Shown here one piece after another: positions 36,822-46,806 of a stretch of 64,000 nucleotides of DNA. The stretch spans positions 6,404 to 70,403 of the forward strand of contig NZ_DATCRY010000019.1 of NCBI RefSeq assembly GCF_036568765.1, in the 5' to 3' direction. Below the pieces are notes generated by a model, which was not told the origin of the DNA, searched no databases, and worked only from the letters and a program-made list of their open reading frames with translations. Position 1 is the stretch's first letter, and the number at the start of each line of letters is the position of its first letter. A program made the translations under genes and the position numbers. This DNA is from Dyella sp. Lineage in GTDB: Bacteria; Pseudomonadota; Gammaproteobacteria; Xanthomonadales; Rhodanobacteraceae.

Positions 36822-39266
36822 TCAAGGTTTCTTGTCGTCGCCCTCGTTGCCGTCGCTGACTACCGTGGGCACATCGGCTTTGGCAACGGTCTGGCGGACA
36901 GTATGGATCACCATATCCTGCGGACTGCTCAGGGGCATGTCGGCCGCGCGCAGCTTTCGCAGCAGTTCGAATAGAATATCGCTCTTGACCCCGCCGGCAT
37001 CGCGTGGGCTCTTGACGTAACCGGTGCAGACGAAGGTCATCGTGCCACCGTCCAGATTGTCCAGGGTCACGCTCGGCGCGGGAGTTTCCAGAGTCGACGG
37101 GTGGTTGCGGAATACATCCAGGACGATCTTGCGTGCATTGTCGGCATCGGTGCTAAGCGGCAGCGACAGCTGCAGCTGAACACGTCCTTGAGCATGGCCC
37201 AGGGTCACGTTGCGCACGTTCTGGCTGATGAATTGCGAATTAGGCACGATCATGGTCGAGCGGTCGCCCATCTGGATCTCGGTCGCACGCACGTTGATGC
37301 GCCGGATATCGCCCTCCACGCCGCCGCCCAGGCTGACCCAATCGCCGACTTTGACTGGACGTTCGGCCAGCAGAATCAATCCGGAAATGAAATTCTGCAC
37401 GATGGCCTGCAGGCCGAAGCCGATACCTACCGACAGGGCGCTGGCAACCCAGGCGATACTCTGCAGGTTGACCTTCAGCGCGGCCAATGCGAGCACGAAG
37501 ACCACGATACCGCCGACATAGCCGAGCAGCGTGACGATCGAATTCTGCATGCCCAGTTCGAGCGTTGTCTTAGGCAGCAACTGGCCGCTCAGCCACTGCT
37601 TGATCGTGCGCACCGCGATCATGCCGACCAGCACCACCAGTAGCGCTTCGAAGATATCGCTTGGCACGATCGGCAGCGATCCAAGCGAGGCGCCGGTGAA
37701 CAACTGGTTGACCCGGGCCATCAGCTCGCCGGGGCCGGCACCGTAACGCGAGAACAGCAACGAGATGGCGAACAGCAGCAAGAACGCGCGCGCGACACCC
37801 GAGAGGATGGTGGCGGTCTGTTCCAACCGTTCGCTGGGTACGCCGAAGGCCTCCTGCATGCGTTGGCCGCTTCGCTCATGCGGGGCGAACAGCGTTTCGA
37901 ACAAATCATTGATCAGGTGCGAGAACAGATAGAGCGAGGTGACGATGACGGCCGTCCAGAGCATTTGCCTCGCGATCGCCAGGGACAGGGCGAAATAGCC
38001 GGTTGCCACCGCCAGCCAGCACAGCACTACGCCAGCAAAGGCGGCCGCGATCATCAGGCCGACCCACAGCGGCCGCCGTGCCGGCGTATCGCCGGCGGCG
38101 AGCATCGCCCGGCGCGCCTGGCCCAGTCGCAGCAGGACGGCGGCGATCAACGTACTGATGATCAGCGACAGGATGCCGTTGGTGGTGACGACCGCAGCCA
38201 GTCCGGCACCGATGTCCTGATTGATGCGGTTGACTGTGCCGAGCAGGAAGCCTACCGCGGCAAGCAGCCAAGGAAAGGGCGATAGATGCTGCGCCGTGTC
38301 GTCCGATAGCGTCGGCATGCGCCAGGAAGGCCGCTTGACGCTGAGCAGCGCACGGCCAAGCCCAGTGACATAGGCGGCAAAGCAGGTCAGGCGCACCAGC
38401 GAATGGAGGAAATTGGCGACATCGTCGTCGAGCAGGCCATTCCAGTTCAGCGACTGGAAAATGCAGTAGGCGGCAAAGCCTGCGCACAACGTGGTAATCA
38501 GCACGATCAGCGTGGCCAGCGCGCTGCGGCGCAAGTGGCCATTAGGCAATCGGGTGCTGGCTACCTTCAATACGAAGGCCTCGATATAACGGCGACCGAT
38601 CACCAGTGCCACGGCCAGCAGCAGGAACAGCACGAAAGGAAGCCGGTTGGGAGCCTGCCAGGCCTGTTGAAGCGAGCTGCCAATATCCGCGCCGAGCAGG
38701 CGCAGCTCGCGCATATCGCTGGGCAGGTCGGTCGATAGCGTCGACCAGAAGCTGCGGCTAAACGGTGTTGCGATGCGTTGGGATAGTTCCGCTTCGAACG
38801 CATCGCGCTGCAGGCCAGCGATGCGATTGGCAACCTGGCCCCCCGTTTGCGCCAGCACAATGGCCTGCTTGATCTGACCATCGATATCCGACTGTGCCCG
38901 AGTCAGCTCCTTGCGCTGCTGGGCCAGGTCCGCCGGTTCCGGCGGTGCACCTTTGGCCGGCGGCGGGCCAAGAACGTCGAGCTTGGCCTTGATGCCTTCG
39001 CTTTGCGGCTTGAGGTTGTCCGCCAGTTGTCCTGCCTCCTGCTGGACCGCGAGCGCCTTGCCGCGCAACTCGCCGAACTGGCTGTCGCCCAGCTTGGTGT
39101 CCTTGTCGTTGATGGTCTGCTCGATGCCGGTGAGCTGGTCCTGCAGCTGATCGACCGTGGGCGGCGCGGAGGCGCTGGAGGCTGGCGCGGGCAGGTCCTG
39201 CGCTGGAGAGCTGGCCGCAACCAGCAGCAGCGGAAGGGCGATGAGGAGTCGTTGCAATAGGGGCAT
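36822..39266 (-). CDS. MscK/KefA-like mechanosensitive channel with long periplasmic coiled-coil N-terminus
   Basis: Signal peptide, coiled-coil region, multiple TM helices, MscS core ...LLAERPVKVGDWVSLGG.EGDIRRINVRATEI. Confidence 0.8.
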   Translation of the reverse strand: MPLLQRLLIALPLLLVAASSPAQDLPAPASSASAPPTVDQLQDQLTGIEQTINDKDTKLGDSQFGELRGKALAVQQEAGQLADNLKPQSEGIKAKLDVLGPPPAKGAPPEPADLAQQRKELTRAQSDIDGQIKQAIVLAQTGGQVANRIAGLQRDAFEAELSQRIATPFSRSFWSTLSTDLPSDMRELRLLGADIGSSLQQAWQAPNRLPFVLFLLLAVALVIGRRYIEAFVLKVASTRLPNGHLRRSALATLIVLITTLCAGFAAYCIFQSLNWNGLLDDDVANFLHSLVRLTCFAAYVTGLGRALLSVKRPSWRMPTLSDDTAQHLSPFPWLLAAVGFLLGTVNRINQDIGAGLAAVVTTNGILSLIISTLIAAVLLRLGQARRAMLAAGDTPARRPLWVGLMIAAAFAGVVLCWLAVATGYFALSLAIARQMLWTAVIVTSLYLFSHLINDLFETLFAPHERSGQRMQEAFGVPSERLEQTATILSGVARAFLLLFAISLLFSRYGAGPGELMARVNQLFTGASLGSLPIVPSDIFEALLVVLVGMIAVRTIKQWLSGQLLPKTTLELGMQNSIVTLLGYVGGIVVFVLALAALKVNLQSIAWVASALSVGIGFGLQAIVQNFISGLILLAERPVKVGDWVSLGGGVEGDIRRINVRATEIQMGDRSTMIVPNSQFISQNVRNVTLGHAQGRVQLQLSLPLSTDADNARKIVLDVFRNHPSTLETPAPSVTLDNLDGGTMTFVCTGYVKSPRDAGGVKSDILFELLRKLRAADMPLSSPQDMVIHTVRQTVAKADVPTVVSDGNEGDDKKP

Positions 39267-39362
39267 TCGGGGATGATCCCGGCGTCGGTGGACAGGGTCA
39301 ATCGTCACAAGCGATTTATATCGGTCGTGTACGATGCAACGTTCAGGCTACGAAGTCATGGC

Positions 39363-40049
39363 GTGACGACATCTCCCTCAATTTCCGGACTGGCGGGCTC
39401 TTGGCCAGCATGGGACGGCGACATCGCCAAGGCCCGCGCCCTGCAGACCCAACTGGCCGCCCTGGTGCGAATCCAGGACGATTTCCCGCCGCTGCACAGG
39501 GTTGCCGGCGTGGATGTGGGGTTCGAGGCCGGTGGTGCGGTAACGCGCGCGGCTGCGGTATTGCTGGATGCGCAGACACTGATTCCCGTCGCCGATGCGT
39601 TGGCGCGGCTGCCTACGCGCATGCCATATATCCCTGGCTTGTTGTCGTTCCGTGAATTGCCGGCGGTGCTGGAAGCTTTGGCCGGGCTGCCGGAACGTCC
39701 TGACCTGGTTTTTGTCGATGGCCAAGGCATCGCGCATCCTCGTGGACTAGGCATTGCCGCCCACCTGGGCGTCACCTTGGACATCCCCGCTATCGGCGTG
39801 GCCAAGAGCATCCTGGTGGGCCGGCATGCCGACTTGGATGAGCGGCGCGGCGCGCGGGCCGAGCTCATCTATCGCGGCCGGGTGGTGGGTATTGCGTTGC
39901 GCAGCAAGGACAAGGTCAAGCCTTTGATCGTGTCGCCGGGCCATCGCGTTGACATGACTACCGCGGCCGACCTGGTGCTGCGCTGCTGCTCGCGCTATCG
40001 GTTGCCCGAGCCCACGCGCTGGGCCGATAAGCTGGCCTCGCGACGCTGA
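39363..40049 (+). CDS. nfi: Endonuclease V
   Basis: VAGVDVGF, YIPGLLSFRE, VDGQGIAHPRGLGIAAHLG, IGVAKS motifs. Start chosen at in-frame GTG 39363 (the ORF opens at 39273). Confidence 0.8.
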   Translation: MTTSPSISGLAGSWPAWDGDIAKARALQTQLAALVRIQDDFPPLHRVAGVDVGFEAGGAVTRAAAVLLDAQTLIPVADALARLPTRMPYIPGLLSFRELPAVLEALAGLPERPDLVFVDGQGIAHPRGLGIAAHLGVTLDIPAIGVAKSILVGRHADLDERRGARAELIYRGRVVGIALRSKDKVKPLIVSPGHRVDMTTAADLVLRCCSRYRLPEPTRWADKLASRR

Positions 40050-40095
40050 ACGCTCGCGCCCTTACAATAGCCGTCCATCCTGCCCAGGCACGCCC

Positions 40096-41943
40096 ATGAT
40101 TTTCCGCTGGTTCGAGTCGCTGATCGACGCCTTCAAGGAGCCGGTCGACAGCATGCCGCCCAAATCGGTGTGGCGCTTCTACGTGTTCTATTTGCGTCAG
40201 GTCTGGCCCGTGTTCGGTGCTGCTCTGGTGGTAGGGTTCGGCGTGGCGCTCGTCGAGGTATCGCTATTCGGCTTTGTCGGTAGCATCGTCGACATGGCGA
40301 AGGGTGTGCCGGGCAAAGATTTTTTCCATCTGCACGCTAACGAGCTCTTGTGGATGGGTTTTGTCGCGTTGATCGCGCGTCCGATCTTGCTGGCCCTGCA
40401 CGATCTGCTCGTCAACCAAGCCATCCTTCCGCACCTGACCAATCGCATTCGCTGGCAGAATCATCGCTACGTCATCCGGCAAAGCCTGGGCTTCTTTCAG
40501 AACGATTACGCAGGCCGCATCGCCAATCGCATCATGCAGACCGGGGCGTCGCTGCGCGAATCGGCCGTGCAGATCGTCGATGCGATCTGGTATGTGGCGA
40601 TCTATACCGGCAGTGCGCTGATCATGTTCGCGCAGGCCGATATGTGGCTGGCGCTGCCGTTGTTCGTCTGGCTGTTTGCCTATGTCGGCACCCTGGCATA
40701 TTTCGTGCCGCGCACCAAAGAACGTTCCTGGAAACAGTCCGAAGCGCGTTCCAAGCTGATGGGCCGCATTGTCGACGGCTATAGCAATATCCTCACGCTG
40801 AAACTGTTCGCGCATACCCATCGCGAAGAGAACTATGTGGCCGACGCCATGCGCGAGCAGACCGGCAAGCTGCGCCTCATGACTCGCCTGACGACGGCGA
40901 TGGATACCACAATCACGATCATCAATGGCTTCTTGATCGTCGGCACTTCCGCCCTGGCATTGTGGCTATGGAGCGAAGGCAAGGTGACGGTGGGGGCGAT
41001 CGCGCTTTCCACGGGTCTGGTGATTCGCATCAACAACATGTCCGGCTGGATCATGTGGGTGGTCAACGGCATTTTCGAAAACGTCGGCACCGTGCAGGAC
41101 GGGCTGGAGACGATCTCGCAGCCGCGCACGGTACAAGACCGCCCGGACGCAGTGCCGCTGGTGGTGCGCGAAGGCGGCGTGCGTTTCGAAGATATCCATT
41201 TCCACTACGGGAAGGCAGGCGGCGTCATGGCCGGGCTCGACCTCACCGTGCACCCTGGCGAAAAGATCGGTGTGGTCGGGCCTTCGGGCGCGGGCAAGTC
41301 GACCTTGGTCAATGTGCTGCTGCGCCTGTACGACCTGGCCGATGGCCGCATTCTCATCGACGGCCAGGATATCGCCGGTGTGAGCCAGGAAAGCCTGCGT
41401 TCGCAAATCGGTGTGGTGACTCAGGACACATCGCTGCTGCATCGCTCGATCCGCGATAACCTGCTCTACGGGCGACCGGATGCCAGCGAGGCAGAAATCG
41501 CAGAGGCCGTGCGCAAGGCGCGGGCGGATGAATTCATCCCGGAGCTGGTCGATGGCGAAGGGCGGGTAGGGTTCGACGCACATGTGGGCGAGCGGGGCGT
41601 CAAGCTCAGCGGCGGCCAGCGCCAGCGCATCGCTATCGCGCGTGTCTTGCTGAAGGATGCGCCGATCCTGATTCTGGACGAAGCCACTTCGGCCCTGGAT
41701 TCGGAATCGGAAGCGGCGATTCAGGATAGCCTCGAGCTCCTGATGCAGGGCAAGACGGTCATAGCCATCGCACATCGCCTTTCGACGATTGCGCGTATGG
41801 ATCGACTGGTGGTGATGGATAAGGGCATCGTGGTCGAGAGCGGCACGCATGCGCAGTTGATCGAGCACGGCGGTCTGTATGCGCGGCTGTGGGCGCACCA
41901 GACAGGCGGTTTCGTTGCCGAAGAGGATCGCGTGACAGCGTGA
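40096..41943 (+). CDS. ABC transporter, fused permease/ATP-binding protein (MsbA/multidrug exporter type)
   Basis: Six-TM N-terminal half. Walker A GPSGAGKST, signature LSGGQRQR, Walker B ILILDEATSALD. Confidence 0.85.
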   Translation: MIFRWFESLIDAFKEPVDSMPPKSVWRFYVFYLRQVWPVFGAALVVGFGVALVEVSLFGFVGSIVDMAKGVPGKDFFHLHANELLWMGFVALIARPILLALHDLLVNQAILPHLTNRIRWQNHRYVIRQSLGFFQNDYAGRIANRIMQTGASLRESAVQIVDAIWYVAIYTGSALIMFAQADMWLALPLFVWLFAYVGTLAYFVPRTKERSWKQSEARSKLMGRIVDGYSNILTLKLFAHTHREENYVADAMREQTGKLRLMTRLTTAMDTTITIINGFLIVGTSALALWLWSEGKVTVGAIALSTGLVIRINNMSGWIMWVVNGIFENVGTVQDGLETISQPRTVQDRPDAVPLVVREGGVRFEDIHFHYGKAGGVMAGLDLTVHPGEKIGVVGPSGAGKSTLVNVLLRLYDLADGRILIDGQDIAGVSQESLRSQIGVVTQDTSLLHRSIRDNLLYGRPDASEAEIAEAVRKARADEFIPELVDGEGRVGFDAHVGERGVKLSGGQRQRIAIARVLLKDAPILILDEATSALDSESEAAIQDSLELLMQGKTVIAIAHRLSTIARMDRLVVMDKGIVVESGTHAQLIEHGGLYARLWAHQTGGFVAEEDRVTA

Positions 41944-42095
41944 TTTGGTTAGGCTGACACGAGGTTCTGAGGAAGTCTCATGGAAGGAGCGGATGATCTC
42001 CTGCTTGAATCCAGGATGTGGCGGATAGTTCCATAAAACGGCACGAACTAAATTCGTGCGGTCCGCTACGGGCGATGGGGAAGAGGTAGATCTGC

Positions 42096-43730
42096 ATGGA
42101 TGCAACGAAACGTTTTTTTCGAGCTTGCCTTACGCTATTTGTTTTTTTGTTCATCGGTACGTGCGAAGCCACGGCTGCATCGTCGACAGACGATCAGGAC
42201 CCCAAGCCCGCGACCTCGCTGGCCGAACTCAGCGCGGGTGAAATATCCCGGCTTGAAAGGCTCTTGAATGTCGAGTTGAATGCGTTGGCTAACGGAAAAT
42301 CGTATCTCGATGAAGATCTTACTAGTTTCAACCTGAGAGTCTCGATCGATCCGATAAGAGACGCTGTCGTCATCGATATGGACGAGAAATATGGTCCCTT
42401 GGAGGATTCGCCGGAACTGGGGGATCTTCGGAGGCTCCTTGATAATAAGGCGGTGTGGCTGTTACGTCGTGACGTTGAATTTGAGAACCTATATTTTACT
42501 TATGGCGGCAAGGATCCCAGCTTCTGGTTTCCTGACTATGGTAAGCCGGCACAAGTCAGGCCGTTAGATGGGAGCTATCGAGACAAGAGCGATTCTAGAG
42601 GTTTAGGAGGGGTGGCTATTTCGGCAGGGCACGGACGATATCATCATTACAAGTGGGGATGGGTATTTCAAAGGGATGCTAAGCAAGGAAATGGAATTCA
42701 AGAGGATTTGATCACTCAAGATTACGCGGAGGCACTACAGGCGGCTTTGGCGACTCATGCGGGTGATTATGCCTTTTTTTCGAGAGCCATGTCTGGGGTT
42801 CGCGATGACGGATTTCCTTGGAGAGAGATGGCGGCACGATACTACTTGGAGAACAACTATCCTAACAGGCCGGATATATGGAATACGAATAAAGAGTCTG
42901 TGAGAGATGATCGTGAATTAAAGGATGACATTAATAGTAGGGCAATCCATGCTAATGTCCTTGGCGTCAACGCGCTTATACATTTGCACACTAATGCCGG
43001 GGGTGGGAGTGGGGCGGAGGCGGTATTTCATGGGGGTAGGATTGTGGATGAGAAAATGGCGCAAAGTATTTTGTGCTATATGGATGAGCTCATAAAATCC
43101 ACAAAATATAAAGATTTCAAGGTGAAGAGATATCCCATTCCAAGGACGGACCTTGCGTTGAATAGATTGGCCTCTATGCCTTCTGTAGTTGTCGAAGTTG
43201 GATATCACTCTAATCCGAATGACGCTGTCGCCCTTCAAGATCCGGATTTCATGAAGGCAGCTATGAAGGGAGTGGCAAAAGGCTATAGAGCCTTTGTGCA
43301 AAGGGAAGAGTGTCATCACTTCGGTGTCGATAAAGTTGACGACCTTGCATCGTATATCGACGGAGATTTTGGAAAGCTTGTCAGTTTTCCGATAAAGATG
43401 AACTACGCCGGCTATCCGCACGGGAATGTCGAGGCCAAAGTCGAATTTCTTGAATGTCCGGTGAACTGGTACTGCGATGGACGTCGCGGATTGATTCGCT
43501 TGCTGGATGTGAAAGAAAAGATCGCGAGCTATGGATTTCAGTGTCACATGGGAGGGCCGATACCGATGGCGTCGTTTCTTATCAGGACGACCTTGATCGA
43601 TTCGGATGGCGTTGAGACGACGCCAGTCGAGCATCGCGTGACTTGTGGAGATCCTTCGGGAAGTGGAGTGCCTGATGGTCCTTCCGGTCTTATCCTGGCA
43701 AGCGCTCAATGGGTTGGGAGTGCGTCCTGA
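42096..43730 (+). CDS. Secreted N-acetylmuramoyl-L-alanine amidase (Amidase_3-like) with unknown N-terminal and Cys-rich C-terminal domains
   Basis: Signal peptide. ISAGHGRYHH, IHLHTNAGGGSGAEAVF and VVVEVGYHSNPNDA resemble the Amidase_3 zinc/catalytic motifs. GC is markedly lower than the neighbours. Confidence 0.6.
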   Translation: MDATKRFFRACLTLFVFLFIGTCEATAASSTDDQDPKPATSLAELSAGEISRLERLLNVELNALANGKSYLDEDLTSFNLRVSIDPIRDAVVIDMDEKYGPLEDSPELGDLRRLLDNKAVWLLRRDVEFENLYFTYGGKDPSFWFPDYGKPAQVRPLDGSYRDKSDSRGLGGVAISAGHGRYHHYKWGWVFQRDAKQGNGIQEDLITQDYAEALQAALATHAGDYAFFSRAMSGVRDDGFPWREMAARYYLENNYPNRPDIWNTNKESVRDDRELKDDINSRAIHANVLGVNALIHLHTNAGGGSGAEAVFHGGRIVDEKMAQSILCYMDELIKSTKYKDFKVKRYPIPRTDLALNRLASMPSVVVEVGYHSNPNDAVALQDPDFMKAAMKGVAKGYRAFVQREECHHFGVDKVDDLASYIDGDFGKLVSFPIKMNYAGYPHGNVEAKVEFLECPVNWYCDGRRGLIRLLDVKEKIASYGFQCHMGGPIPMASFLIRTTLIDSDGVETTPVEHRVTCGDPSGSGVPDGPSGLILASAQWVGSAS

Positions 43731-43897
43731 AATCCGTTTGTCTCGAATGAGCTGGCTATGATCTGATCTACCAGACAGCCCGCCGTACGACTTAAGCCGC
43801 GGCGCCGCTAATCGCACACTTTTGAGCTTTCCTTGTCCCACGCTTCACGCCGCGCCGCGCAGTCTCGCGCTACGTCCGAACATCGCGGAGAACTGTC

Positions 43898-44410
43898 ATG
43901 CCCGAGAAGAAAACCATTCGTCGCGCCCAGGCCGACAAGCGCGCCGGCAAGTCGGCCAGCACACAAGCCGGTGAGTTCGTGCATGAAGAGATCGAGCATG
44001 TGCGCGAAGGCAAGCATGGCGCGCGTTCGGCCAAGCAGGCCATCGCCATTGGCCTGTCCAAGGCGCGTCGTGCAGGCGTAAAGGTTCCCAAAAAGGGGGT
44101 TGCCAAAAAAAAGAGTGCGGCAAAGAGTGCAGCGCGTAAACGTCCAGCGACCAAAAAGGCCGCGTCACGCAAGGCCTCTTCCGAGACCACGGCCACACGT
44201 AAGCGGGCCGCTACACGTGCGTTGAAGCGCGAAGGGTCGGGCAGTGCTTCGAAAACGGCGCTGTCGCGGCAGGCTCACGGTGCCGCTCGCAAGCGTAGCG
44301 CATCGAGTCGCTCCGCGGCAGCGAAGAAGGCCGTGCGCACCAAAGGTGCGAGCGGTCGTTCTGCGGCGGCAAAGAAGGCCGCGCGTACGCGTGCCAGGCG
44401 TGCTTCCTGA
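43898..44410 (+). CDS. Lys/Ala-rich histone-H1-like basic protein
   Basis: N-terminal KKTIRRAQADKRAGKSASTQAGEFVHEEIEHVREGKHGARSAKQAIAIGLSKARRAG, then AAKKA/ARKR repeats. Confidence 0.6.
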   Translation: MPEKKTIRRAQADKRAGKSASTQAGEFVHEEIEHVREGKHGARSAKQAIAIGLSKARRAGVKVPKKGVAKKKSAAKSAARKRPATKKAASRKASSETTATRKRAATRALKREGSGSASKTALSRQAHGAARKRSASSRSAAAKKAVRTKGASGRSAAAKKAARTRARRAS

Positions 44411-44580
44411 GGCGGGAGCGATAAGTCTTGGCGGCCACGGTCGGGCTGTCAGGGCGAGGGAAAGGTCAGCCGAATGGCTTACGATGCGGTCGAGCCCGAT
44501 ACGGGTATGATCGCGGGGACCGGCGATCGCTTCGATCGCGGTCGGTAGCGTTCGCCAACCCTTTCCAAGGAGAACGACCG

Positions 44581-45045
44581 ATGGCATTTCTGGTAGCCGC
44601 GTTACTTATCGGCATCGTCGCCGGGCTGCGTGCCATGGCAGCACCCGCCATTGTCAGTTGGGCCGTGCGTCTGGGCTGGTTTTCGCCCGGAACGAGTTGG
44701 ACCGCGTTTATGGGCTGGCATTACACGCCGTGGATTTTCTCGGGGTTAGCAGTGGCTGAGCTTGTCACCGACAAGCTTCCTTCCACTGCCAGCCGCAAAG
44801 TACCCGTGCAATTCGGTACACGATTACTTTCCGGGGCGCTATGCGGAGCGACGGTGGGTGCTGCCGGCGATGTCATGATCGGGGGCTTGGTGGCTGGCGC
44901 GGTCGGCGCGGTCGTCGGCACCTACGGCGGAGCATGGGCGCGGGGACGTCTGGCGGCGATATTCCACAAGGATTTCCCGGCGGCGTTTATGGAGGACATC
45001 CTGGCAATTGGCGGCGGCCTGGCGATCGTTGCGTGGCCGGTATGA
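44581..45045 (+). CDS. DUF4126-like membrane protein
   Basis: AAGGAG RBS. Hydrophobic with Gly-rich helices. AELVTDKLPSTASR motif. Confidence 0.65.
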   Translation: MAFLVAALLIGIVAGLRAMAAPAIVSWAVRLGWFSPGTSWTAFMGWHYTPWIFSGLAVAELVTDKLPSTASRKVPVQFGTRLLSGALCGATVGAAGDVMIGGLVAGAVGAVVGTYGGAWARGRLAAIFHKDFPAAFMEDILAIGGGLAIVAWPV

Positions 45046-46424
45046 GTCGCCGTTTCGATGCCATCGTTATCGGCGCCGGCCAGGCGGGGCCTTCTCTGGC
45101 CGGACGCCTCACTGCTTCTGGAATGAAGGTCGCCCTGGTCGAGCGGCACTGGGTCGGGGGTACCTGTGTCAATACCGGGTGCATGCCGACCAAGGCCCTG
45201 GTCGCTTGCGCACGTGCCGCGCATGTCGCGCGACATAGCGCCGACTACGGCGTGTTGATCGACGGTGAGATCGGCATCGATTTCCAACGTGTGATGTCGC
45301 GTGCACATACGGTCACGGACAACGCGCGCGGCAACATTGAGCGGTGGTTGGGCGGCATGGAAGGGTTGACTGTGGTGCGCGGTCATGCGCGCTTCGAGAG
45401 CGCGGACACCTTGCGCGTCGGCGAGGAGCAATTGAGCGCGCCGCGGATCTTTCTCAATGTCGGTGGCCGCGCCGCGGTGCCGGACATGCCGGGCATACAT
45501 GAGATCGATTACCTGACCAACACCTCGATTCTTCAACTCGACCGACTTCCCAAGCATCTGGCCGTCGTCGGGGGCAGCTATATCGGGCTGGAGTTCGCGC
45601 AGATGTTTCGGCGCTTCGGTGCCGAAGTGACAGTGATTGAGCGTGAGTCGCGCCTGATTTCGCGTGAAGACGAGGATATATCCCTCGCTATCGGCGAGAT
45701 CCTGCAAGGAGAGGGAATACAGCTACGCACCAGCGCCAATTGCATCGCTTTTGCCACGCATCCGGATGGCGTGGCAGTGCGAGTCGATTGCACGCAGGGC
45801 GCTCCCGAAGTGGTTGCCGATCGCGTGCTGCTGGCGATGGGGAGGCGGCCGAATACCGACGACCTCGGCCTGGATCGCGCCGGCGTCAAGACGGATGCCC
45901 GGGGTTATATCGAAGTGGACGACAGCCTGCGCACCAATGTCTCCGGCATCTGGGCCATGGGCGATTGCAACGGGCGCGGTGCCTTTACTCATACGGCTTA
46001 CAACGACTTCGAGATCATTGCTGCCAATGTACTTGATGGAGCACAGCGTCGATTGTCGCAACGTATCCTTGGTTATGCGCTGTATGTCGATCCGCCTTTG
46101 GGCCGCGTCGGCATGACTGAAAAGCAGGCTCGTGACAGCGGTCGCCCTCTACTGGTGTCCAAACGGCCGATGACGCGCGTTGGGCGCGCTGTGGAACGTG
46201 GTGAAACCGCTGGCTTCATGAAGCTCATTGCCGATGCCGAGAGCAAGCATATTCTCGGAGCGGCCATCCTCGGCGTCGAAGGAGATGAGGCCATCCACGG
46301 CGTGCTCAATTTGATGAATGCCGATCAGCCCATCGATACCTTGCGTTGGGCTGTGCCGATTCATCCAACCGTCTCGGAGTTATGGCCCACGGTGGGCAAC
46401 GACTTGAAGCCAACGGGCGCGTAG
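45042..46424 (+). CDS. FAD-dependent pyridine nucleotide-disulfide oxidoreductase (mercuric reductase/dihydrolipoamide dehydrogenase-like, class I)
   Basis: DAIVIGAGQAG, redox-active GGTCVNTGCMPTK, dimerisation domain HPTVSE. The start overlaps the DUF4126 stop (ATGA). Confidence 0.8.
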   Translation: MSRRFDAIVIGAGQAGPSLAGRLTASGMKVALVERHWVGGTCVNTGCMPTKALVACARAAHVARHSADYGVLIDGEIGIDFQRVMSRAHTVTDNARGNIERWLGGMEGLTVVRGHARFESADTLRVGEEQLSAPRIFLNVGGRAAVPDMPGIHEIDYLTNTSILQLDRLPKHLAVVGGSYIGLEFAQMFRRFGAEVTVIERESRLISREDEDISLAIGEILQGEGIQLRTSANCIAFATHPDGVAVRVDCTQGAPEVVADRVLLAMGRRPNTDDLGLDRAGVKTDARGYIEVDDSLRTNVSGIWAMGDCNGRGAFTHTAYNDFEIIAANVLDGAQRRLSQRILGYALYVDPPLGRVGMTEKQARDSGRPLLVSKRPMTRVGRAVERGETAGFMKLIADAESKHILGAAILGVEGDEAIHGVLNLMNADQPIDTLRWAVPIHPTVSELWPTVGNDLKPTGA

Positions 46425-46554
46425 GTCGTCGCCTGCCTACCCAGCGCCAGAGCTGACCATTTTCCTGCAGTCGGCTTGGATACCGGCTTTGCCGGGCAGA
46501 CCAGTCTTCAAGAAAAAAACGGGGTAGAATAAAAAAGTTATCAAGGAGTTGAGT

Positions 46555-46716
46555 ATGAGCAACACCGAGAACAACAAATCTGCCCCGACCGAAATCGTTC
46601 CCGCCGTCCCTGCACATAACCAGCACCATGTGCTGGACACCATCGAGACGGCCGAACTCGACGAAGTACTGCACGACGCCGCCTTGCGCGATTCGGTACT
46701 GCGCGTACCGCGTTGA
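46555..46716 (+). CDS. Possible 53-aa leader ORF in frame with the downstream transporter
   Basis: AAGGAG 7 nt upstream of ATG 46555. It ends at TGA 46714-46716, which is in the same frame as the 46807 ORF. Below the ORF-track length cutoff. Confidence 0.35.
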   Translation: MSNTENNKSAPTEIVPAVPAHNQHHVLDTIETAELDEVLHDAALRDSVLRVPR

Positions 46717-46806
46717 GGACGAACCATCTTTCCCGTCGATTCGCGGCGCGCGGCGCCGCCAGCCGGTCGTGCGACTGTTGCCGTTGGCCTGGCGCTTTGC
46801 GCCGCA

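Noticed and set aside
46714-46716. In-frame TGA as a selenocysteine codon.
   Set aside because: No SECIS-like hairpin lies immediately downstream (the nearest GC hairpin is about 30 nt away). There are no sel genes in the window, and a Sec residue in a cytoplasmic linker has no rationale. Kept only as a nonsense, readthrough or reinitiation question.
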